Part shown: piece by piece, positions 1 to 9,120 of the stretch
Layout of the letters: every line of letters starts with the position of its first letter
Position numbering within the stretch: position 1 is the stretch's first letter
Source of the DNA: Winogradskyella sp.
GTDB lineage: Bacteria > Bacteroidota > Bacteroidia > Flavobacteriales > Flavobacteriaceae
Length of the DNA: 64,000 bases
Reading direction: 5' to 3'
Assembly: GCF_013042245.1 (NCBI RefSeq)
Contig: NZ_JABDQL010000009.1
Span: forward strand, 18,492-82,491
Notes under the pieces: generated by a model
The model's database searches: none
The model's input: the letters and a program-made list of their open reading frames with translations, nothing else
Told to the model about the DNA's origin: nothing
Program-made: the position numbers and the translations under genes

Positions 1-897
1 TGGTGCTGGCGTATCTGCCGTATTTATTTTTACAATAGGCGCATCGAGATAATCAAAGGCTTCAGACTGTACTAAATATGTGATTTCAGTGGCTACATTT
101 CCAAATGGCCATGCTTCTTCCAAAACTACCAATCTGTTTGTTTTCTTTACAGATTCTAAAATAGTTTTTCTATCCATGGGACGAACTGTACGCAAATCTA
201 TAATTTCACAAGAAATACCATCTTTCTCTAATTCTTCTGCCGCTTTGTAAGCCTCTTTTATAATTTTGCCAAATGATACAATCGTAACATCTGTACCCTC
301 GCGTTTAATTTCTGCTACGCCTAATGGTATTGTGTATTCGCCTTCTGGCACTTCACCCTTATCGCCGTACATCTGTTCGCTTTCCATAAAAATAACTGGA
401 TCATCATCTCTAATGGCGGATTTCAACAACCCTTTTGCATCGTATGGATTAGATGGCACAACCACCTTTAATCCTGGTGTATTTGCGAACCAACTTTCAA
501 AAGCTTGCGAGTGCGTTGCAGCTAACTGACCTGCAGATGCTGTTGGACCTCTGAAAACGATTGGACATTTTAACTGTCCGCCAGACATCTGTCTAATCTT
601 TGCAGCATTGTTTATAATTTGGTCGATACCTACTAGGGAGAAATTAAATGTCATATACTCAACAATTGGTCGATTGCCGGTCATCGTAGAGCCGATAGCA
701 ATACCTGCAAAACCAAGTTCTGCAATAGGTGTGTCAATAACACGCTTAGCACCAAACTCATCAAGCATACCTTTAGATGCTTTATAAGCACCATTATATT
801 CAGCAACTTCTTCACCCATTAAATAAATGCTTTCATCTCTGCGCATTTCTTCGCTCATTGCCTCACAAATTGCTTCTCTAAATTGAATTGTCTTCAT
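1..897 (-). CDS. pdhB: Pyruvate dehydrogenase E1 beta subunit (3' end runs off the window)
   Basis: Not in ORF track. Manual translation from ATG at 897 gives MKTIQFREAICEAMSEEMRRDESIYLMGEEVAEYNGAYKASKG...DTPIAELGFAG. Confidence 0.95.
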   Translation of the reverse strand, partial: MKTIQFREAICEAMSEEMRRDESIYLMGEEVAEYNGAYKASKGMLDEFGAKRVIDTPIAELGFAGIAIGSTMTGNRPIVEYMTFNFSLVGIDQIINNAAKIRQMSGGQLKCPIVFRGPTASAGQLAATHSQAFESWFANTPGLKVVVPSNPYDAKGLLKSAIRDDDPVIFMESEQMYGDKGEVPEGEYTIPLGVAEIKREGTDVTIVSFGKIIKEAYKAAEELEKDGISCEIIDLRTVRPMDRKTILESVKKTNRLVVLEEAWPFGNVATEITYLVQSEAFDYLDAPIVKINTADTPAP

Positions 898-967
898 TCT
901 TTTCTTTTTATAGTAAGAACAAAAATAGCAATAAAACAAAAATTAAAGCTGTGAAAGTTTTTAAAAA

Positions 968-989
968 TTTATTATGCACGCATAGTAAA
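968..989. promoter_or_regulatory. Imperfect palindrome, possible operator in the pdhB/etfB divergent region
   Basis: TTTATTATGCACGCATAGTAAA is a near-palindrome just upstream of a -7-like TATCTTCG (1008-1015). Confidence 0.45.
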
Positions 990-1079
990 TATTCAAAAAA
1001 AAGTATTTATCTTCGTATCCACTTAATTTAAAGGTAGTTTTCATATCTAAAACCCTGTAAAATAAAGTGTTTCAGAATG

Positions 1080-1103
1080 TTTTACGATAACGTTATCGTA
1101 AAA
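1080..1103. promoter_or_regulatory. Perfect 24-bp palindrome, LacI-type operator candidate upstream of etfB
   Basis: TTTTACGATAACGTTATCGTAAAA with central CG; similar site at 8078-8099. Confidence 0.6.
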
Positions 1104-1137
1104 AAACTAAAGTTATAAAAACAAAAAAGAATAGATT

Positions 1138-1884
1138 ATGAAGATTTTAGTGTGTATTAGTCACGTACCGGATACGACTTCAAAAATCAATTTCACAGAA
1201 GGTGATACAAAATTTGACACAAACGGTGTACAATATGTAATTAACCCAAATGATGAATTTGGTTTAACTCGCGCCATGTGGTTTAAAGAAAAACAAGGAG
1301 CATCTGTCGATGTTGTAAATGTTGGTGGTGCTGAAACAGAACCTACTTTACGTAAAGCCTTAGCTATTGGTGCCGATTCTGCTATCCGTGTAAATACGGA
1401 AGCTAAAGATGGGTTTGCAGTTGCAAAAGAATTAGCAAAAGTAGTTACAGATGGTGGTTATGACTTAGTAATTGCCGGAAGAGAATCTATTGATTATAAT
1501 GGCGGCATGGTTCCTGGAATGTTAGCCTCTTTAACAGGAGCAAATTTTGTCACCAACTGTATCAATCTGGAAGTTGATGGTACAAATGCAAATGCTACAA
1601 GAGAAATTGATGGCGGTAAAGAAACTGTAATTACAACTCTTCCTTTAGTCATTGGTGGCCAAAAAGGTTTAGTTGAAGAAAGTGATTTGCGCATACCAAA
1701 CATGAGAGGGATTATGATGGCACGTAAAAAGCCATTAAATGTTGTTGAACCTGTAGGTGCAAATGCCGAAACCTTAGCAAGTAGTTTTGAAAAGCCTGCG
1801 CCAAAAGGTGCAGTTAAATTAGTTGATGCTGATAATATAGATGAGTTAATAAACTTACTTCATAACGAAGCGAAGGTAATTTAA
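1138..1884 (+). CDS. etfB: Electron transfer flavoprotein beta subunit
   Basis: MKILVCISHVPDT, INPNDE, GRESIDYNGG, LRIPNMRGIM motifs. Confidence 0.97.
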   Translation: MKILVCISHVPDTTSKINFTEGDTKFDTNGVQYVINPNDEFGLTRAMWFKEKQGASVDVVNVGGAETEPTLRKALAIGADSAIRVNTEAKDGFAVAKELAKVVTDGGYDLVIAGRESIDYNGGMVPGMLASLTGANFVTNCINLEVDGTNANATREIDGGKETVITTLPLVIGGQKGLVEESDLRIPNMRGIMMARKKPLNVVEPVGANAETLASSFEKPAPKGAVKLVDADNIDELINLLHNEAKVI

Positions 1885-1927
1885 TCTTCAGCTAGGATTT
1901 AAGTTTTAATTATTTAAAAAAGAAATT

Positions 1928-2890
1928 ATGTCAGTTTTAGTATATACAGAATCAGAAAACGGAAAATTAAAAAAAGCGGCTCTAGAATGTGTCTCTTACG
2001 CAAAAGCTATTGCCGATGAAATGGGAACTAGCGTAACTGCAGTTGCTGTTAATACAGAAAACACAGACGCTTTAGGAAATTTCGGAGCATCTAAAGTTCT
2101 TAATGTAAAAAACGGTGCTTTAAAAACATTTAATGCAAAGAAATTTGCTGGTGTTATTGAGCAAGCGGCAAAGCAAGAAGATGCAAAAGTTGTGGTTCTA
2201 AGCTCAAGTGCAGACAGCAAGTATTTAGCACCATTATTAGCCGTTAGCTTAGAAGCAGGTTATGTTTCTAACGTGGTTGAAAAGCCATCAAGCCTAGCAC
2301 CTTTTACTGTAAAACGTACAGCATTTACCAACAAAGCATTCGCCAACACAGAAATTTCAACAGATGTTAAGCTTATAGGACTATCTAACAATTCTTTTGG
2401 CTTGGTAGAATCTGGAGGTTCTGCTTCTGTAGAAGAGTTTTCAGCTTCTGTCATAGATTCTGGAGTAACTGTAGAATCTGTTGATAAAGCCGTTGGAAAA
2501 GTAACTATTGCTGATGCAGATGTTGTAGTCTCAGGTGGTCGCGGATTAAAAGGTCCTGAAAATTGGGGATTGGTTGAAGATTTAGCAGAAGTCCTTGGTG
2601 CAGCAACAGCTTGTTCTAAACCAGTTTCGGATTTAGGATGGCGCTCTCATGGAGAACACGTTGGGCAAACGGGAAAGCCTGTGGCAACTAACCTTTACAT
2701 TGCCATTGGTATTTCTGGTGCCATACAACATTTAGCAGGTATCAGTGCCTCTAAAGTAAAAGTCGTTATTAACACCGACCCAGAAGCACCTTTCTTCAAA
2801 GCTGCTGATTATGGGGTTGTTGGTGACGCGTTTGAAGTAGTTCCTGTACTCACAGAAAAACTAAGAGCTTTTAAAGCACAAAACGCATAG
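1928..2890 (+). CDS. etfA: Electron transfer flavoprotein alpha subunit
   Basis: VVSGGRGL, HVGQTGK, LYIAIGISGAIQHLAG motifs. Confidence 0.97.
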   Translation: MSVLVYTESENGKLKKAALECVSYAKAIADEMGTSVTAVAVNTENTDALGNFGASKVLNVKNGALKTFNAKKFAGVIEQAAKQEDAKVVVLSSSADSKYLAPLLAVSLEAGYVSNVVEKPSSLAPFTVKRTAFTNKAFANTEISTDVKLIGLSNNSFGLVESGGSASVEEFSASVIDSGVTVESVDKAVGKVTIADADVVVSGGRGLKGPENWGLVEDLAEVLGAATACSKPVSDLGWRSHGEHVGQTGKPVATNLYIAIGISGAIQHLAGISASKVKVVINTDPEAPFFKAADYGVVGDAFEVVPVLTEKLRAFKAQNA

Positions 2891-2912
2891 TTTTTGCGTT
2901 TAAAAATAGATT

Positions 2913-2969
2913 AAAGAACCGTTTAGATGAATCCATTAGTTGGTAAATTCAAAATTTAAACGGTTCTTT
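2913..2969 (+). terminator. Long hairpin after etfA (terminator or mRNA-stabilising stem)
   Basis: AAAGAACCGTTTA ... TAAACGGTTCTTT 13-bp inverted repeat with a structured loop. Confidence 0.55.
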
Positions 2970-3040
2970 GTATTTTACAAGATATATAGATATTTCAAAG
3001 TTTTTTCGAAATATTTAAAATATCGATTACCGAGTAAACT

Positions 3041-3655
3041 ATGAGTTTAGTACGCTTAAACATAAAAGGCATTTCTTACAGCCAGACGCAAAATGGCGCA
3101 TATGCTTTAATCTTAAATGAGGTTGATGGCGACCGTAAACTACCTATTGTGATAGGTGCTTTTGAAGCACAATCTATAGCCATTGCTCTAGAAAAAGAGA
3201 TTCGTCCACCTCGCCCTCTTACTCATGATTTATTCAAGAATTTCTCAGACCGCTTTAACATTGTGGTTAAACAAGTGATTATCCACAAGCTCGTAGACGG
3301 CGTATTTTATTCAAGTCTTATTTGCGAACGTGATACTATTGAAGAAATTATTGATGCACGCACAAGCGATGCTATTGCTTTAGCATTACGCTTTCATGCA
3401 CCAATATTTACCTATAAAAATATCTTGGACAAAGCTGGCATTTATCTTAAAGTCAATCCTAATAAGGATGAAAAAGATGATGATAGTATTTTAATGGATG
3501 AGCTTATTGCTGAAGAGATTGAAACTGCTGCATTCGGTGAGGACATCTATAAAGAAAAAACTCTAGAAGAACTCAATACGCTTTTAGACGAAGCAGTTGC
3601 TAATGAAGACTATGAAACTGCTGCTAAGATAAGAGATGAAATCTCTAAGCGTTAA
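3041..3655 (+). CDS. Bifunctional nuclease family protein (DUF151) with C-terminal UvrB/C motif
   Basis: LPIVIGAFEA, RPLTHDL, DARTSDAIALAL; C-terminal AVANEDYETAAKIRDEI. Confidence 0.9.
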   Translation: MSLVRLNIKGISYSQTQNGAYALILNEVDGDRKLPIVIGAFEAQSIAIALEKEIRPPRPLTHDLFKNFSDRFNIVVKQVIIHKLVDGVFYSSLICERDTIEEIIDARTSDAIALALRFHAPIFTYKNILDKAGIYLKVNPNKDEKDDDSILMDELIAEEIETAAFGEDIYKEKTLEELNTLLDEAVANEDYETAAKIRDEISKR

Positions 3656-3666
3656 ATTAATAATTA

Positions 3667-5466
3667 ATGAAAAATTTTCTATTAGCTATTGTAGCTATTT
3701 TTTTTGGATTAACTCAACTTAATGCAAAGAATTATCAAGAAGTTCAACAAGACACTCTAGAGGTTAAACCAAATGAATTAAAATCTATACAAATTTCTGA
3801 AATCAAGGATAATAAAATTAATGATTGGCAACTGAATAGTTATACCATTTATGAAAAATATCCAGACAGTGTCTCAATAGAAAAAAAGTTTGTTAAAGGA
3901 AAGGAATTTTTAAATCTAGGTAAAAATGGAAAATATACTGCCATACTAAACAATATATTCAAAAAAGGTGTTTGGCTTCAAAACAATAACTTAATTGTAT
4001 TTAAACAAAAAGCACCAACAACTGTTGATGTATACTATGAAATCATTAGTCAAGACTCTACTTCTTTAAAATTAAAAAACGGAAATGACGTATTAATCTA
4101 TGTGTCTTCAAATCATCCAGATTATCTTCCAAAGGAAGAGGTTAAAGATACTATAATTGAGAGTAAAGGCTTTTCCATAACTAGTTTATGGCGAGGCGTT
4201 TTAGGAATGATAACTCTTATTTTTATTGCCTTTTTATTTAGCAGTAACCGTAGAGCCATCAATTGGAAAACTGTAGGAATTGGTCTTGCCTTTCAACTCA
4301 TAATTGCAATTGGCGTTCTTAAAGTAGGCTTTATTAAAACTGTTTTTGAAAGTGTTGGACAAGTTTTTATAAATATACTTGACTTTACCAGAGCAGGTAG
4401 TGAATTCTTATTTAGCGGTGTAATGGATGTCAATTCTTACGGCTTCATCTTTGCCTTTCAAGTGTTACCTACTATTTTATTTTTCTCTGCATTAACATCT
4501 GTACTATTTTATCTGGGCGTTATCCAAAAAGTAGTCAAAGCCTTTGGTTGGTTATTATCCAAACTCCTTAAAATATCTGGCGCAGAGAGTTTAAGTGTTG
4601 CTGGTAATATTTTCTTAGGTCAAACCGAAGCGCCTCTTTTAATTAAGGCCTATTTAGAAAAGATGAATAAGTCAGAAATTCTTCTCGTCATGATTGGTGG
4701 TATGGCAACCGTAGCAGGTGCAGTACTTGCAGCTTATATTGGTTTCCTGGGTGGTGATGACCCAAAATTACAGTTATTCTACGCAAAACACTTATTAGCC
4801 GCGTCGGTAATGGCAGCTCCTGGTGCAATCGTAATTTCAAAAATATTATTCCCACAAACTGAAAAAATCAATACGGACGTTTCAGTATCTCAAGAAAAAA
4901 TTGGTTCTAATATTTTAGAATCTATTGCAAATGGTACTACCGAAGGCTTAAAGTTAGCCGTAAATGTTGGTGCTATGCTTTTGGTTTTTGTTGCTTTTAT
5001 TGCTATGATTAATGGCATACTTGGAGGTATTGGAGATATCACATCGATTAATGCATGGGTTGTGGCGAATACACCTTACCAATCCTTATCATTAGAATTA
5101 ATTTTAGGGTACACCTTTGCACCACTAATGTGGCTTATTGGTGTTGCACAAGAAGATATGGCGCTTATGGGGCAACTCTTAGGTATAAAATTAGCAGCTA
5201 GTGAATTCATAGGTTACATCCAGCTAGCAGACTTAAAAAATGTCGCTAACGCAACACACTTAAACTATAACAAATCTGTAATTATGGCAACATACATGCT
5301 TTGCGGCTTTGCCAATTTTGCCTCTATTGGTATCCAAATTGGAGGTATTGGTTCATTAGCTCCAGGTCAGCGCAAGCAACTCTCTAAGTTTGGAATGAAA
5401 GCTTTAATTGGAGGAACTATCGCTTCTTTGATTTCAGCTACTATTGCAGGAATGATTATCGGATAA
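3667..5466 (+). CDS. CNT/NupC-family Na+/nucleoside cotransporter with an extra N-terminal exported domain
   Basis: FAFQVLPTILFFSAL, GNIFLGQTEAPL, LCGFANFASIGIQIGG; ~170 aa signal-peptide-bearing extension. Confidence 0.92.
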   Translation: MKNFLLAIVAIFFGLTQLNAKNYQEVQQDTLEVKPNELKSIQISEIKDNKINDWQLNSYTIYEKYPDSVSIEKKFVKGKEFLNLGKNGKYTAILNNIFKKGVWLQNNNLIVFKQKAPTTVDVYYEIISQDSTSLKLKNGNDVLIYVSSNHPDYLPKEEVKDTIIESKGFSITSLWRGVLGMITLIFIAFLFSSNRRAINWKTVGIGLAFQLIIAIGVLKVGFIKTVFESVGQVFINILDFTRAGSEFLFSGVMDVNSYGFIFAFQVLPTILFFSALTSVLFYLGVIQKVVKAFGWLLSKLLKISGAESLSVAGNIFLGQTEAPLLIKAYLEKMNKSEILLVMIGGMATVAGAVLAAYIGFLGGDDPKLQLFYAKHLLAASVMAAPGAIVISKILFPQTEKINTDVSVSQEKIGSNILESIANGTTEGLKLAVNVGAMLLVFVAFIAMINGILGGIGDITSINAWVVANTPYQSLSLELILGYTFAPLMWLIGVAQEDMALMGQLLGIKLAASEFIGYIQLADLKNVANATHLNYNKSVIMATYMLCGFANFASIGIQIGGIGSLAPGQRKQLSKFGMKALIGGTIASLISATIAGMIIG

Positions 5467-5517
5467 GCTTATTTTCTTGCACAAATTATTATCAATCAAA
5501 AATTTTAAATAGTACTC

Positions 5518-6078
5518 ATGATTAAAAGACTACTTATTATTATTTTGGGATTATCATTCACATCTATGAATGCCCAGTTTATCAAAGAAAAATCCATTAA
5601 TACATCTGTAGGATTTGGTCTTAGTGCACCTTACGAAGATATAGATGTCTATGGTTCGGGTTTTTATGCACAAGGCGAATTGGTATTAAAGGCTGCGTCT
5701 TGGGTAGATTTTAGACCTTATGCTGGTGTTATCTTAACAAAAGACCGAGACAACAATGACTCTTCTTTGCCACCGGAACTAAAATCAACAGCAAATGCAT
5801 TTATGACTGGTTTAAAAACAAGAATTAAAGCACCAATTCCATATGTTTCACCTTTTATTGAAATAGGCGTGGGTTTTTCTGTTGGTTCGTTTGAAACTGT
5901 AACTTTTACTCAAAACATTAATAAGAGTGGTTTTTTGTTTCATATACCATTTTCTTTAGGTCTTGAACTTGGTAAAAATCATAACGTAGATTTAGCATTC
6001 ACTTATTACTTTCATGAAAGTGCAGAACAATTTTCTGGAGCATTTGCCGTTGGTATAAATTTTCCATTAGGGAAATAA
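5518..6078 (+). CDS. Hypothetical outer-membrane beta-barrel protein
   Basis: Signal peptide, alternating amphipathic strands, C-terminal VGINFPL. Confidence 0.6.
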   Translation: MIKRLLIIILGLSFTSMNAQFIKEKSINTSVGFGLSAPYEDIDVYGSGFYAQGELVLKAASWVDFRPYAGVILTKDRDNNDSSLPPELKSTANAFMTGLKTRIKAPIPYVSPFIEIGVGFSVGSFETVTFTQNINKSGFLFHIPFSLGLELGKNHNVDLAFTYYFHESAEQFSGAFAVGINFPLGK

Positions 6079-6123
6079 AACTCCTATTTCATTCAATTTT
6101 AGTTAATAACTTTTAATATCATT

Positions 6124-6159
6124 AAAAGCCTTAAACATCTTCGTTTAAGGCTTTTTTTT
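6124..6159 (+). terminator. Rho-independent terminator
   Basis: AAAAGCCTTAAAC-ATCTTC-GTTTAAGGCTTTT followed by a T run. Confidence 0.85.
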
Positions 6160-6192
6160 ATTTTTAACTCCATTAATAATGATGACGAAATA

Positions 6193-7017
6193 ATGAAGCA
6201 ATACCACGACTTAGTAAAACACGTTTTAGCTGAAGGTAATCAAAAAGGTGATAGAACAGGCACCGGAACCAAAAGTGTGTTTGGTTACCAAATGCGATTT
6301 GATTTAAGCGAAGGTTTCCCAATGGTAACTACTAAGAAATTACATCTTAAATCTATTATTTACGAATTACTTTGGTTCTTAAAAGGTGATACAAACATTA
6401 ATTACCTTACCAAAAACGGTGTACGTATCTGGAATGATTGGGCAGATGAAAATGGAGATTTAGGTCCTGTATATGGTCATCAATGGCGAAATTGGAATAA
6501 TGACGAAATTGATCAAATAAAAGAAGTAGTTGAGACTTTAAAGAATAATCCTAACAGCCGCCGAATGATGGTTTCTGCTTGGAATCCTTCGGTTATGCCA
6601 GATACATCAAAATCGTTCTCTGAAAATATAGCTAATGGAAAAGCAGCGCTTCCGCCATGCCATGCGTTTTTTCAGTTTTATGTAGCCGATGGAAAATTAT
6701 CTTGCCAATTGTATCAACGCAGTGCCGATATCTTTTTAGGTGTACCTTTTAATATTGCGTCTTATTCGCTTTTTACAATGATGATGGCACAAGTTTGTGG
6801 TTACCAGCCAGGAGATTTTATTCACACATTTGGTGATGCACATATCTACAATAATCATACGGAGCAACTAGAACTACAATTATCTAGAGACATTAGACCT
6901 TTACCAAAAATGATTCTTAATCCCGATATCAACAATATTTTTGATTTTGATTTTGAAGATTTTACACTTGTAGATTATAATCCTCACCCACATATTAAAG
7001 GTGCTGTTGCAGTGTAG
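6193..7017 (+). CDS. thyA: Thymidylate synthase
   Basis: [39 protein letters not shown]. Confidence 0.98.
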   Translation: MKQYHDLVKHVLAEGNQKGDRTGTGTKSVFGYQMRFDLSEGFPMVTTKKLHLKSIIYELLWFLKGDTNINYLTKNGVRIWNDWADENGDLGPVYGHQWRNWNNDEIDQIKEVVETLKNNPNSRRMMVSAWNPSVMPDTSKSFSENIANGKAALPPCHAFFQFYVADGKLSCQLYQRSADIFLGVPFNIASYSLFTMMMAQVCGYQPGDFIHTFGDAHIYNNHTEQLELQLSRDIRPLPKMILNPDINNIFDFDFEDFTLVDYNPHPHIKGAVAV

Positions 7018-7049
7018 ATTATGAAGAAGATTATCTATTTATTTTCAAT

Positions 7050-7502
7050 ATGCTTCTTATGACAAAATATGTCTTATTTGTAGTTATCATATTTTCGTTT
7101 AATTTCTCATTTTCTCAAAACGAAAAAGAAAAGCAAGAAGAAAAAATACTTCAGATTATAAAAGATGTACCAATCTACAAAGGTTGTAAAAAACACAATA
7201 CCGCCACTAAAAAAAAGAGGTGCATGGCTAAAAAAATTGAAAAATTAGTGTCAAGTAAATTTGATACTAGAGTTGCCGATAACTTAAAACTATCAAACTC
7301 ATTAATCAGTGTGATTGTCACTTTTAATATCAATACTAATGGAGAAGTCACAGATATTAAAGCTAAAGGTCCTCATAAAATAGTTGAAGATGAAGCCATT
7401 CGTGTAATTAGCCTAATTCCTAAAATGAGACCTGGGCGCTTACATGGTAAAGCGGTTACTGTACCATATACGTTTCCTATAAAATTCATACAATATCAGT
7501 AG
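7050..7502 (+). CDS. TonB C-terminal domain protein (energy transducer-like)
   Basis: VPIYKGC...FNINTNGEV...EAIRVISLIPKMRPG...VPYTFPIKF. Confidence 0.8.
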   Translation: MLLMTKYVLFVVIIFSFNFSFSQNEKEKQEEKILQIIKDVPIYKGCKKHNTATKKKRCMAKKIEKLVSSKFDTRVADNLKLSNSLISVIVTFNINTNGEVTDIKAKGPHKIVEDEAIRVISLIPKMRPGRLHGKAVTVPYTFPIKFIQYQ

Positions 7503-7504
7503 TT

Positions 7505-7531
7505 AAAAGGCTTCAAAATTGAAGCCTTTTT
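7505..7531. terminator. Bidirectional terminator between convergent genes
   Basis: AAAAGGCTTCAA-AA-TTGAAGCCTTTTT. Confidence 0.8.
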
Positions 7532-7551
7532 ATCAAATATTTAATATTGAC

Positions 7552-7848
7552 TTACAAATTTAGCACCCCATTTTCTGCGGCAGCAAAATCATTCCAAGCA
7601 TACCCATCTGCTTGCTCGTCGTTAAGATAAGAGCCATCAATTACATACCTAAACTCATGTGAACTTTCGCTCGGTAAATCTAATGTCCCTTTAAACGTTC
7701 CATTTTTTAACTTTTTTAATTCTGTAGCTTCAGTATTCCACTCGTTAAAGCTTCCAACAACTGCCACATTTTTTGCCTCTTTTGCAGAAACAGAAAATGT
7801 TACTTTACAAACTGGCTTAGTTTTTAAATACTGTTTTTTAATTGCCAT
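7552..7848 (-). CDS. Isoamylase early-set (CBM48-like) domain protein
   Basis: VAVVGSFNEW...LKKLKNGTFKGTL...FRYVIDG. Confidence 0.88.
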   Translation of the reverse strand: MAIKKQYLKTKPVCKVTFSVSAKEAKNVAVVGSFNEWNTEATELKKLKNGTFKGTLDLPSESSHEFRYVIDGSYLNDEQADGYAWNDFAAAENGVLNL

Positions 7849-8077
7849 GATAATCGATTTAATTAATACCCAAATTTATAAAAGAATTTAACTGACAAGT
7901 TATAATTAAGAGTAAAGTCGAAAGAATTACCAATTTTTTAAAATTGAATACTTTAAAGACAATTATCATCAATTTTAAAGGTGAAATTATATGCTTTCAA
8001 CAACGAAGAATAGCACCTTTATCCGCTGACTTTCAACTACATCGTTTTCGAAATTTAATCTAAACACGTAACCTTTA

Positions 8078-8099
8078 TTTACGCTATCGATTTCGTAAA
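8078..8099. promoter_or_regulatory. LacI-type operator candidate next to the -7 box (TATCTTTA, 8107-8114) of 2TM-folA
   Basis: TTTACGCTATCGATTTCGTAAA, 18/22 identical to the site at 1081-1102. Confidence 0.5.
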
Positions 8100-8125
8100 A
8101 AAAAAGTATCTTTATCTTATAAAAA

Positions 8126-9061
8126 ATGCAGATGTTCAGTAAAAAGAAACAAACCTCTACCATAGATAAAGATCAATTAGAGCTTATTGAAAATGCTCAA
8201 AAACGCATTAAACAAAAAAAACGCTTGTATATTCATTTCGTAGTTTTTTTAATTGGAGCTATATTTTTAATTATAGCTAATACCGTTTTAGGGATTGGTA
8301 AAGATTTCACAATAGCAGGAATCAATTGGTTTGTTTATGCCATTTTAGCTTGGCTATTTTTATTTTTATACCATTTTATCAATGTGTTTATCACAAATAA
8401 ATTTATGGGTAAGGATTGGGAAAAACAGCAACTTGATAAATTGGTTACTAAACAAGAACAACGCATCGATAAACTAAAAAACAACTTCTTAAAAGAAGAA
8501 ACTAAAATCGCCCAAACCCAAGCTTATAATGAAGCTAAAGCAATTTCAACGAGTGATAAAAAAAAAGCAACTGAACTTACCATCATAGTTGCTGCTGGAG
8601 AGCGTAACGCTATCGGTAAGGATAACGACCTCATTTGGCACTTAAGTGATGACTTAAAACGTTTTAAAAAACTTACAAACGGACATCATATTATAATGGG
8701 ACGCAAAACTTTTGAAAGCTTCCCTAAACCTCTACCAAATAGAACACATATTGTTATTACAAGACAGAGTGATTATCAAGTACCAGAAGGTGTAATTGTC
8801 GTGAATTCTTTTGCTGATGCTCTTGATGCTGCGCATAAAGATGATAATCCATTTATCATTGGTGGTGGCGAAATCTACAAACAAGCAATGGCATTGGCAG
8901 ATAAGCTAGAAATTACAAGAGTACATGCCACTTTTGAGGATGCCGACACATTTTTTCCAGAAATTGACAGTAGTAAATGGAAAGAAGTCAATCGAACTAC
9001 TCATGATGCGGATGATAAACATGCCCATGCGTTTTCTTTCATAACCTATGAGAAGAAATAA
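8126..9061 (+). CDS. folA: Dihydrofolate reductase fused to an N-terminal 2TM domain
   Basis: C-terminal half: IIVAA..NAIGKDNDLIWHLSDDLKRFK, IMGRKTFES, IIGGGEIY, ADTFFP. N-terminal half: two TM helices and KDWEKQQL (2TM-like). Confidence 0.93.
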   Translation: MQMFSKKKQTSTIDKDQLELIENAQKRIKQKKRLYIHFVVFLIGAIFLIIANTVLGIGKDFTIAGINWFVYAILAWLFLFLYHFINVFITNKFMGKDWEKQQLDKLVTKQEQRIDKLKNNFLKEETKIAQTQAYNEAKAISTSDKKKATELTIIVAAGERNAIGKDNDLIWHLSDDLKRFKKLTNGHHIIMGRKTFESFPKPLPNRTHIVITRQSDYQVPEGVIVVNSFADALDAAHKDDNPFIIGGGEIYKQAMALADKLEITRVHATFEDADTFFPEIDSSKWKEVNRTTHDADDKHAHAFSFITYEKK

Positions 9062-9068
9062 TTGTAAT

Positions 9069-9105
9069 CACCTTAGTTATTAATTTAACTAAGGTGTTTT
9101 CTTTT
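9069..9105 (+). terminator. Rho-independent terminator
   Basis: CACCTTAGTTA-loop-TAACTAAGGTG then TTTTCTTTT. Confidence 0.75.
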
Positions 9106-9120
9106 AATTAGCTTTGCAAC

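Noticed and set aside
266-529. 87-aa plus-strand ORF, and the many other short ORFs overlapping long genes (e.g. 1494-1703, 26629-26925, 29143-31187, 59960-60442)
   Set aside because: Antisense or alternate-frame shadows of well-supported genes, with no recognisable motifs
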